DNA of 64,000 bases, taken from positions 4,850-68,849 of the forward strand of contig JBIIOE010000003.1 of assembly GCA_044337105.1 (NCBI GenBank), read 5' to 3'. Under the pieces are notes generated by a model. It saw only the letters and a program-made list of their open reading frames with translations. It had not been told where the DNA came from and did not search any database. Position numbers and translations under genes: made by a program. How positions within the stretch are numbered: position 1 is the first letter of the stretch; every line of letters starts with the position of its first letter. Positions 57,109 through 64,000 of the stretch are shown piece by piece. Source of the stretch: Bdellovibrionota bacterium (GTDB taxonomy: Bacteria; Bdellovibrionota_C; UBA2361; OMII01).

Positions 57109-59088
57109 TCACCTCTCATGAGGCGGCTGCGGAGTAGAACGCTTACGCATGAACACTCGGAAAGAGGCCCCAGTTTGGCCCTTTCCGATGTGTTGCAGGC
57201 ACGCTACTTCGTGAGGTGCAGGTTTGTAGGTGAACACGAAATAGTTGACTCCAATGTTTTCAAAGCCCGGGTGACACGGATGGGCCTTCATGAGGAAGCT
57301 GTCATTTTGAATGAGGTGAAAGGAAGCCGGTGTCTCAGGGGAGCTGTTTGATGCAACTCCCACGTGCGCATACCGATTGTAGATACTTCGACTGTGCCCC
57401 TGCATGTCGAAGGCTCGGTAATCATCGAGCCGTGGGGCGTAGACCACACCGTTGACGACCCGTACGCCAGCAACCTTGAGTAAGTTCGCGTGACCACCTT
57501 CGCCAAAAACTACCCAGCGACTGTTGGGGTCGTCCTTTCCGATCTTTGAGGCGAAAGCGAGGATCTTGCGATCCGTTATTGGACGAATCCCCCGAGAGAC
57601 CGGATTAATGAAGGTATTGGGAAGCACAAGCCACACTATCGGACACCACAACATCCAGGATACCGAGCTCAGAAGCCCTGTGATGGCAACACCCAACGCA
57701 ACCGCTAGCAGTGTCAATTCGGCGCGTGAGAGGAATTGAGGCATCGATTGTTCGATGCTCCATCCCACGACGATGGCGATGAGTGTGCTTGCGATACCGA
57801 GCCACCAGAAGGTCGAAGTGTTGAGTAGACGTCGAATGGGCAACGCCGAGAGCATCGCCACTACCAATATCCCCAGCAAACCTTGAGCAGCGTACACTCG
57901 CTGTCCCGCCGCCAAGAAGAGCCCAGTAACGCTACCGATCCATTGGGGTACATCGAACGACATCCACGCCAGGTGACCGATGAGCACGAGCAGTAGCGGA
58001 ACAAAGAGGAGTAGCTCTCTACTCGGTAGCTGCTTCCTGAGCCAACGATAGAGAAGCGCCGGTATCACCAAGGGCCACACAACGATGAATCCAGCGGCCT
58101 CGCACACATTCCCAAGCCATAGCGGAAATCTTTTATCGGTGAAGAAAACATCGGCCAAATTGTTCAAGTAGCGATAGGGGGGGAAGGAGCCTGACACAGA
58201 GATACGGCGGCCAGGATAATCAGTATTTTGCACGATCTGAATTATGGGGGAGATCTCTTGATAGACGAGAAACATAATCGCGCCAAAAACTGAGAGGCTG
58301 CCCGTCAGTAACGCGCCTCGCGCTGCCAAGGCCCCTCCCTCTGCCACACCATATTTGAGCGTCAGAGCAATTCCGATGGCTAGTGCAGCATGAGCTACCG
58401 GAACCATAAAGGGCGGATAGACACACATTGTAAAGTCAACCAGCGAGACAACCAGTACGACGGCAGACCCGAGCGCGGTAAGCCGAGAGCGGGTATAGAG
58501 AAGTACCCACGCTGCCAATGCAGACAAAAGACCGGTCGCGACGATCTCTGGTAAGCAGATACTGAACCACCACTGAAAGAAGCTTGAAAAACACAACCAG
58601 ATGGTCGCGCACAGAGCGATTACTGCGCTCTCACAGAGCAGTAAGGTGATACAGAAAAAAACAAACCCGAGCGCAACTAGTTTGGTCGCATACAGGGCGG
58701 AAAATGCTCGATCCCGATCAAAGAGGAAAAAGCCCCAGAACTGCGGGCGAAAGAGTGACGTGAAATGCGGGGCAGGCTGATTCATGAGGAGCTCAGCCCC
58801 TGGAGGTCCGGCAAAATCCTCAATTCCGTTGACGTTCGTTTTCCAGCGCGCGCCATAGGCGAGCATGATGGGTGAATTAACTAGCCATTCATCACTGCGT
58901 ATCGGCCTGGGCTCGCCGAGGACCAGGTGGTCCTTGTCTATCTGTGGAAGAAGGCGGTCCCACATCCCGATAGAGGAGAAGTTCAGGGAAAAGGCTACAA
59001 TGACTACCCAGACAGCGACCGCACACAGCGCGCCGAGCTTGAGTCCCCTGATAACGTGAGGTTGAATCGCTCTGCGCGGCCCAAGCAT
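57109..59088 (-). CDS. Large polytopic membrane protein (possible GT-C-like glycosyltransferase)
   Basis: 659 aa from ATG 59088, which has AAGGAG 8 nt upstream. More than 10 hydrophobic segments, then a ~150-aa soluble C-terminal region. No family assigned. Confidence 0.75.
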   Translation of the reverse strand: MLGPRRAIQPHVIRGLKLGALCAVAVWVVIVAFSLNFSSIGMWDRLLPQIDKDHLVLGEPRPIRSDEWLVNSPIMLAYGARWKTNVNGIEDFAGPPGAELLMNQPAPHFTSLFRPQFWGFFLFDRDRAFSALYATKLVALGFVFFCITLLLCESAVIALCATIWLCFSSFFQWWFSICLPEIVATGLLSALAAWVLLYTRSRLTALGSAVVLVVSLVDFTMCVYPPFMVPVAHAALAIGIALTLKYGVAEGGALAARGALLTGSLSVFGAIMFLVYQEISPIIQIVQNTDYPGRRISVSGSFPPYRYLNNLADVFFTDKRFPLWLGNVCEAAGFIVVWPLVIPALLYRWLRKQLPSRELLLFVPLLLVLIGHLAWMSFDVPQWIGSVTGLFLAAGQRVYAAQGLLGILVVAMLSALPIRRLLNTSTFWWLGIASTLIAIVVGWSIEQSMPQFLSRAELTLLAVALGVAITGLLSSVSWMLWCPIVWLVLPNTFINPVSRGIRPITDRKILAFASKIGKDDPNSRWVVFGEGGHANLLKVAGVRVVNGVVYAPRLDDYRAFDMQGHSRSIYNRYAHVGVASNSSPETPASFHLIQNDSFLMKAHPCHPGFENIGVNYFVFTYKPAPHEVACLQHIGKGQTGASFRVFMRKRSTPQPPHER

Positions 59089-59313
59089 GATTAAAGCTCC
59101 TTTGTCGCAATTCTTGATAACAAAGCTTGCTTCCCTACTAGATCGAGAAATCACGCTCGTTGCGAAACGATAGTGCAACTTTGACTGTTATGTAAACTGG
59201 GGCAAGGCGCTGTCTTCTGTATGCAAAGTACAGGTGAGGAGGTTCTGTATCATTGATGCATCCCGTGCTAGTTTTCTCAGGAAGCGAAGAGTACTAGCCG
59301 AATAAAGGTGCAT

Positions 59314-60378
59314 ATGAGCGCAGAAGATGTACAGAAAGAGGGGATGACCTACGAGAAAGCTGGGGTAAGCATCAGCAACGCCGATGATACCAAGAAGCTG
59401 ATGTCGAAGTCGCTCGAGACGAGTAATCCTCGTGTGCTCAACAAATTCGGAGCTTTCGGTTCGTTGGTTGATGGAGTGTTCGCCGATTGTAAACACCCCG
59501 TCCTGGTACTCAAGATGGAGGAGCCGGGGTCGAAGCAGCTCCTCGCAGCACAGCACAAGCGCCTCGCGGGTGTAGGATACGATCTCGTCAATCACCTTAT
59601 TAACGATGTCGTCGTCATGGGTGCGCGGCCTATCGCTGTTCTCGATACGATCGTGTGCGGAGCTCTCGAGAAAGAGGTTGTCGTTGAACTCGTCGCGGCG
59701 GTCGCCGATGCATGTAGAGCACAGGATTGCGATCTCGTGGGCGGTGAAACATCCGAGCAGCCGCGAGTGCTTCCGGCAGGTTCCTATATCTTGAGCGCGG
59801 CAGCTCTTGGTGTTGTAGACAAGGACAAGATCGTCGACGGCTCTGCGATACGAGAGGGCGATGTCGTGCTTGCAGTGGCCTCGAATGGCTTGCACACGAA
59901 TGGATACACCCTCGTAAGGAGCTTGCTAGATGCCAACCCGACGCTAGCAGCATCGGAGGTTTCCGGCGGCCAGAGCTTCCTTGATGCGGTGCTCGAGCCT
60001 CACACCTGTTACAGCAAGGCTCTTCAGGAGCTGTTCGCCCAGGTGCGCGTGACTGGTCTCGCGCACATCACCGGAGGAGGAGTGGCAGGGAATCTGGTGC
60101 GCGTATTGCCGACAGGAGCGCATGCAGAGATCGATGCTTCGAAGATCAAGGTTCTCCCAGTATTCAGGGTGATTCGTGATATCGGTTCGGTTAGCGACGA
60201 GGAGATGTTGCGGTCGCTTAACTGCGGTGTCGGTCTCACTGCGGTGGTGAGAGCCGCTGATGTGCAGAAGACTATAGAGATTTTGGAAAAGCACGGACAC
60301 CATACCTACCCTATCGGTGTCATCAAGGCTGGAAAGGCCGAGGTGTCGTTTGTGGGCAGACTGGCTTGGGGGGCCTAA
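59314..60378 (+). CDS. purM: Phosphoribosylformylglycinamidine cyclo-ligase (AIR synthetase)
   Basis: TYEKAGVSI, DLVNHLINDVVVMGARPIAVLD, GGETSE, SNGLHTNGYTL, AHITGGG. Start is ambiguous (GTG 59308, ATG 59314 or ATG 59344). Confidence 0.95.
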   Translation: MSAEDVQKEGMTYEKAGVSISNADDTKKLMSKSLETSNPRVLNKFGAFGSLVDGVFADCKHPVLVLKMEEPGSKQLLAAQHKRLAGVGYDLVNHLINDVVVMGARPIAVLDTIVCGALEKEVVVELVAAVADACRAQDCDLVGGETSEQPRVLPAGSYILSAAALGVVDKDKIVDGSAIREGDVVLAVASNGLHTNGYTLVRSLLDANPTLAASEVSGGQSFLDAVLEPHTCYSKALQELFAQVRVTGLAHITGGGVAGNLVRVLPTGAHAEIDASKIKVLPVFRVIRDIGSVSDEEMLRSLNCGVGLTAVVRAADVQKTIEILEKHGHHTYPIGVIKAGKAEVSFVGRLAWGA

Positions 60379-60438
60379 GCCGCCGATGCAATGACGTGCG
60401 TCCTTGCTTTGACCGGTAAATAGCACCTTTCTCGACTG

Positions 60439-60885
60439 GTGATAGGTCCGTCGGCGATTTGGTTATGTCGTTATCTAGGACCCGGATTACTCGAGTCAGC
60501 TTACGAAAAATGCCTTGCCCATGAACTTAAACTCGCTGGGCGCCCTTTTATCGGTCAGACGCCTACTGCCTTCCCCCTCTCTGCTCTCGCCGTCCTCTTT
60601 GTAAAAATTTCCTTTGTCACGCAACTGATGCGGTATTTCACTGATACTGGCTCCATGTATTTTAACAAAGAGGGCGGTGAGATTAACAAAGAGAGCGGTG
60701 AGAACAGAGAGGGGGAAAAGCCCCTCTTACCCAACAGGTCATCGGCTGTGCTTCTGAGGTACATCGAACCAAGCGCAAGTTATCAACTCGCCGAGGCTCC
60801 GGTCGTGCTTAATGAGAAGTTACTCAAAGACGGTATAAGGAGCCTATTACCCTCCCCCTCTCTGCTCTCGCTGTCCTCTTTGTAA
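60439..60885 (+). pseudogene. Decayed GxxExxY-family (PD-(D/E)XK-like) gene interrupted by repeats
   Basis: N-terminal signature GPGLLESAYEKCLAHELKLAG and a C-terminal-like segment AVLLRYIEPSASYQLAEAPVVLNEKLLKDGIRSL are both present. The central core (expected D...E.K) is replaced by repeat-derived sequence, yet the frame stays open. Confidence 0.5.
60573..60613 (+). repeat. 41-nt direct repeat, copy a
   Basis: CCCCCTCTCTGCTCTCGCCGTCCTCTTTGTAAAAATTTCCT. Repeated at 60854-60894 with one mismatch. Partial inverted copies at 60662-60715. Confidence 0.8.
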
Positions 60886-60931
60886 AAATTTCCTCCACTT
60901 TCTCGCGACGGGTAGGTTTTGCCTCGCTTCC
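60854..60931. repeat. 41-nt direct repeat copy b, fused to a 40-nt fragment of the MITE-family end
   Basis: 60854-60894 repeats 60573-60613. 60892-60931 (CCTCCACTTTCTCGCGACGGGTAGGTTTTGCCTCGCTTCC) matches the left end of the MITE-like element in inverse orientation. Confidence 0.75.
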
Positions 60932-60942
60932 CTAGCTGCGCG

Positions 60943-63075
60943 CTACTTCAAAATATCCCGATACTCGAGCGGTATTGGCTGCTCGTCTTTCTCCTTCGAT
61001 CCCTTTGGCTTTGCGAGTGTCACATCCTCTATCGAGGTCTTTGGTTCAGCCGGAGCTTTGTTCTTTTCGAGAGACGAGTCGTTACCGGTGTAGCGCGTGT
61101 CGAACATCTCGTCTTGCGAGGCTATCTCGGACTCTTTAAACGCGGCGTTCGGGCCTAGACCCGAACCGCTTGGGCCGTCGCCCATGTCACCTGCTTCTTT
61201 CGCTTTTGCGTTGCGATCGGGCATTGAGGACTTTGCACCCGTTCCATCATCGCGCCCCTCTGGGCCTTGTTTCTGTTGTTCCCTCGACTCCTCTTTGCTG
61301 CGTGAATCGTTACTACCTTGTGAGCCTCTCTCTCCTTTGTCATCGCCTTTGCTCTGGGATGGCGATTGGTCGTTCGCGTCGTTCTTGGCGTCGTTCCCCT
61401 GCTTAGAGGATTTTTGCTGCGATTGCTCGTTTGGTTTTGCGCCGCTCCCCGCGCCTTTCGAGCCGTTCTGTGAGTCTTTGTTGCTCTTGGAGGAGCTCTC
61501 CTTCGGTGACTCTTTTTGTCCGCTTTCGCCCTTCTGTCCGTGCTGCCCTTGTTGCGCTTTCTGCTCTTTGGCGTCTCCGGAGGATTCCTTGTCACCCGCG
61601 CCTCCCTGACCTTGAGATCCCTGCTCTTGCTGTTCGAGCTGCTCGACCGCTTGCTCCATCTGTTGAAGCGCTTGGTCTAGTTGGTTTAGCGCTTGAGCTA
61701 CACCCTGCTCGCCTGACTGTGAGGGCGATGAGCCGGATTGGCCTTGCTGCTGTGAACCGCTGGACTCTCCGCTCTTCTGGTCTCCCTGTCCTTGCCCCTT
61801 ACCGGAAGATGAGGGCGAACCTTTGGAGCCCTCTTGTTGGGAATCATTTTGACCTTGAGCAGATCCGCTCCCCTGCCCTTGTCCCTCGCCCTGCTGGCCG
61901 CCCGACTGCTGATCTTGTGACTTCTCTTGCTGTCCGCTACCACTCTGCTGCGATTGCTGCTGCTCGGAGCTTTTTTGTTGACCAGAGCTGTCCTGCCCGG
62001 ATTGAGACTCTCCCTGTTTCTGCTGTGACTTCTGATCTTGGGAGCCCTGTTGTTGGCCGCGTCCCTCTTTTTGAGACTCGGACTTCGAATCCTTCGAGGA
62101 GTCCTGCGAGGGAGACTGTGAATCGTCTTGTTTCTCTTGTTGTTTTTCTTCCCTTTGCTGCGTGTTGGTTTGCTGTGAATCGCTCGGGCGTTGTTGCTCG
62201 CGGGGGTTCTTCGCTGGACTAGCTTCTTTGCGGTCATCCTTCGGATCGCTCTCGCGCTGAGGAGATGTGGAGTTTCTCTGCTCGGGCGGAGTTTTGGGCA
62301 GTTCATTTTTCTTTGGAGAGCTTTGTGGCTTATCAGAGCTGGGTTGTTGAGAGGTTTCGGAGGAGTCGGATTGAGTAATATCGCGGGCCGAAGAGGCGCT
62401 GTCTTGTAGCGCTTCGCTCAACTCTTGTCGGGTGCGCTCCAGTGCTTCCGATATTTGATTGGCATCGGAGGGAGATCCCAGAGTTGTGAGAGCGAGATCG
62501 AGAGCTCTCTCTTGAAGCGGAATCGGGAGCTCTGGGTTTTGTGCCACGATCTCTTGAATCGCTTGTGCAGCTAGTTCGAGGGGGGATCGTGGGCGGAGCC
62601 ACGCGAGCGTGAGCGCGGCCGAAGCACATACGAAGAAGGTCAGGGCCGCGTTTCGGTCCGTGTTAGAAAGTTTGAATGCGCAGATAGATTTAAGATCGGG
62701 GAGCTTAGAGATGATTGAGCCGAGCTGGAGAGAGATGAGCTCACGACGTGCAGTGTCGATTTCGAGTGTGGACTCTTTCAGGTGAACGAAGGATGCGAGC
62801 CTGTCTTTGGTGGAAAAAGTTTTCTCTACAAGAGCGGACGCTTCAGCGGGAGAGATGGAGAGTGAGGGAAAGCCGTTTCGAGAGATGAGCCACAGGGTAG
62901 CTGCCACCACTGGTGTCAGTGCAAGCACGAGCCATGATTGGTACCAGTATGCGGAAACGAGAAGCAGAGTTAGTGCAGACAGGTATGCGGCGAACAGCAG
63001 CACGAGAGAAATCGCACGATTTCTACGCTCCTTGGTTTGAACGGTGTGTAAGAGAGCGTCTATCGAATCGGACAT
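60943..63075 (-). CDS. Membrane-anchored protein with very long Gln/Gly/Ser/Glu/Lys-rich low-complexity region (DUF4175/TIGR02302-like architecture)
   Basis: 710 aa with 2-3 N-terminal TM helices. About 450 aa are low complexity (QQGSQDQKSQQKQGESQSGQDSSGQQ...). C-terminal tail reads QPIPLEYRDILK. Confidence 0.78.
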   Translation of the reverse strand: MSDSIDALLHTVQTKERRNRAISLVLLFAAYLSALTLLLVSAYWYQSWLVLALTPVVAATLWLISRNGFPSLSISPAEASALVEKTFSTKDRLASFVHLKESTLEIDTARRELISLQLGSIISKLPDLKSICAFKLSNTDRNAALTFFVCASAALTLAWLRPRSPLELAAQAIQEIVAQNPELPIPLQERALDLALTTLGSPSDANQISEALERTRQELSEALQDSASSARDITQSDSSETSQQPSSDKPQSSPKKNELPKTPPEQRNSTSPQRESDPKDDRKEASPAKNPREQQRPSDSQQTNTQQREEKQQEKQDDSQSPSQDSSKDSKSESQKEGRGQQQGSQDQKSQQKQGESQSGQDSSGQQKSSEQQQSQQSGSGQQEKSQDQQSGGQQGEGQGQGSGSAQGQNDSQQEGSKGSPSSSGKGQGQGDQKSGESSGSQQQGQSGSSPSQSGEQGVAQALNQLDQALQQMEQAVEQLEQQEQGSQGQGGAGDKESSGDAKEQKAQQGQHGQKGESGQKESPKESSSKSNKDSQNGSKGAGSGAKPNEQSQQKSSKQGNDAKNDANDQSPSQSKGDDKGERGSQGSNDSRSKEESREQQKQGPEGRDDGTGAKSSMPDRNAKAKEAGDMGDGPSGSGLGPNAAFKESEIASQDEMFDTRYTGNDSSLEKNKAPAEPKTSIEDVTLAKPKGSKEKDEQPIPLEYRDILK

Positions 63076-63082
63076 AGCTTCC

Positions 63083-64000
63083 CTAGGAAGACGGATTTCT
63101 CTGGTAGGTGTTCACTGAGTTGTTGTGTGCATCGAGTGTTTCGGAGAACACGTGGCCTCCCTGTCCGTTAGCGACGAAATAGAAGTAGTTCGTCGTTGCT
63201 GGATAGAGCGCAGCTTTGATGGCGCTTAATCCGGGGTTGGCGATTGGGCCGGGAGGGAGTCCGGTAATTACGTACGTGTTGTACGGTGTCGGAGTTTGAA
63301 GATTCTCCTTCGTGATGTTGCCGTTGAAGTTTGGAATTCCATAAATGACGGTAGGATCCGCTTGGAGTTTCATCCCCTTCTTGAGGCGGTTGTGAAAAAC
63401 TGAAGAGATAATCGGTTGCTCGTCAGTACTACCGGATTCCTTCTCGATAATTGAAGCAAGGGTGAGTAGCTGGTGTTTGGTCATGGATAGCTGCTTCAAG
63501 CGCTCATCCCATTCAGGCCGCCAGCGCTTTTGAAGCTGCTCGTGCATCGCGAGGACGATCTTCTTGGCCGGTGTGTTGCGTGGAAACTGGTAGGTATCGG
63601 GGAAAAGGTACCCCTCCAGGGTGGCGCCGGCTATTTCGAGCTCTTTCAAGAGGCTCGAATCGGAAAGTAGCCTCTCGAATTCGATGCGTTGGAGTATGCC
63701 TTGCTTTTCGAGGTCAGGACCGACCTCCCACATCGACTCGCCCTCCTTGAGGGTTATCTTGCGAAGGAACATCTTCCCTGAGGCCATCTTCTCGAGAATC
63801 TCGTTCGGGCGCATTGAGGGTGAAAGTTCGTACTCACCCGCCATGATGGAGGTGTCCTGGCCACGGATCTTTGCAAAGGCAATGATCGACCAGCGACTGC
63901 GTATGAGGCTTTGGCTTTCAAGGGTCTTGGCGATCCCTTTGAAGGTCGACTGAGGGGGGACCTCGAAGATCGTCGCGCTTGTGTCCGTGGGGTTCAGCGG
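63083..64000 (-). CDS. mltG: Endolytic murein transglycosylase MltG (YceG-like), 5' end beyond the window
   Basis: LASIIEKE (catalytic Glu), VFHNRLKKGMKLQADPTVIYG, YNTYVITGLPPGPIANPG. The frame stays open upstream of the ORF-track Met to position 64000 (...IFEVPPQSTFKGIAKTLESQSLI...). Confidence 0.92.
   Translation of the reverse strand, partial: PLNPTDTSATIFEVPPQSTFKGIAKTLESQSLIRSRWSIIAFAKIRGQDTSIMAGEYELSPSMRPNEILEKMASGKMFLRKITLKEGESMWEVGPDLEKQGILQRIEFERLLSDSSLLKELEIAGATLEGYLFPDTYQFPRNTPAKKIVLAMHEQLQKRWRPEWDERLKQLSMTKHQLLTLASIIEKESGSTDEQPIISSVFHNRLKKGMKLQADPTVIYGIPNFNGNITKENLQTPTPYNTYVITGLPPGPIANPGLSAIKAALYPATTNYFYFVANGQGGHVFSETLDAHNNSVNTYQRNPSS

Noticed and set aside
59188-60426. Minus-strand ORFs 59188..59895 (235 aa) and 59944..60426 (160 aa)
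   Set aside because: They are antisense to purM, which has unambiguous motifs.
61097-62306. Plus- and minus-strand ORFs (170, 263 and 202 aa, among others) inside the low-complexity gene
   Set aside because: They are artefacts of the biased, repetitive composition of the 710-aa gene. Only the 60943..63075 frame has TM helices and a coherent N-terminus and C-terminus.

Overview
Origin-proximal chromosome segment of a diderm (Gram-negative-type) bacterium; I cannot name the taxon. It opens with dnaA, an oriC-like DnaA-box cluster, dnaN, recF and gyrB. A convergent gene then encodes an unusual three-domain fusion (PurC-like, RdgB/ITPase, P-loop kinase). The main candidate for an undescribed system is a repeat-bounded island of about 8.4 kb (about 9.7-18.2 kb) holding six minus-strand genes: a coiled-coil protein, a GHKL/MORC-like ATPase with a poly-proline linker, a 560-aa unknown, two overlapping paralogous small HTH-like proteins, and a 651-aa helical unknown. 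Only the ATPase fold is recognisable. The gaps between these genes are long and full of hairpins, unlike the ATGA-coupled operons elsewhere in the window. After the island come a GDPD lipoprotein, a REP-associated tyrosine transposase (RAYT) flanked by two tandem 65-bp REP arrays, rnhA, mlaEFDC, rlmE, uvrD/pcrA, a TonB-dependent receptor with tonB, and a MoxR-DUF58-BatA-like-VWA operon. A large surface-glycan region follows: HAD protein, GT4, a WbdD-like dual methyltransferase with a 14-aa-repeat coiled coil, wzt/wzm, a double GT2, a 1029-aa secreted protein, gnnA/gnnB-like genes plus an lpxA-like gene, a GT2 and a large membrane protein. The window ends with purM, a decayed GxxExxY gene buried in repeats, a Gln/Gly/Ser-rich membrane protein and a 5'-truncated mltG. 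A second repeat family (about 183 bp, MITE-like, with terminal inverted repeats) occurs at four sites. I found no rRNA, tRNA or true CRISPR array. All functional calls come from reading motifs by eye; no database search was run.
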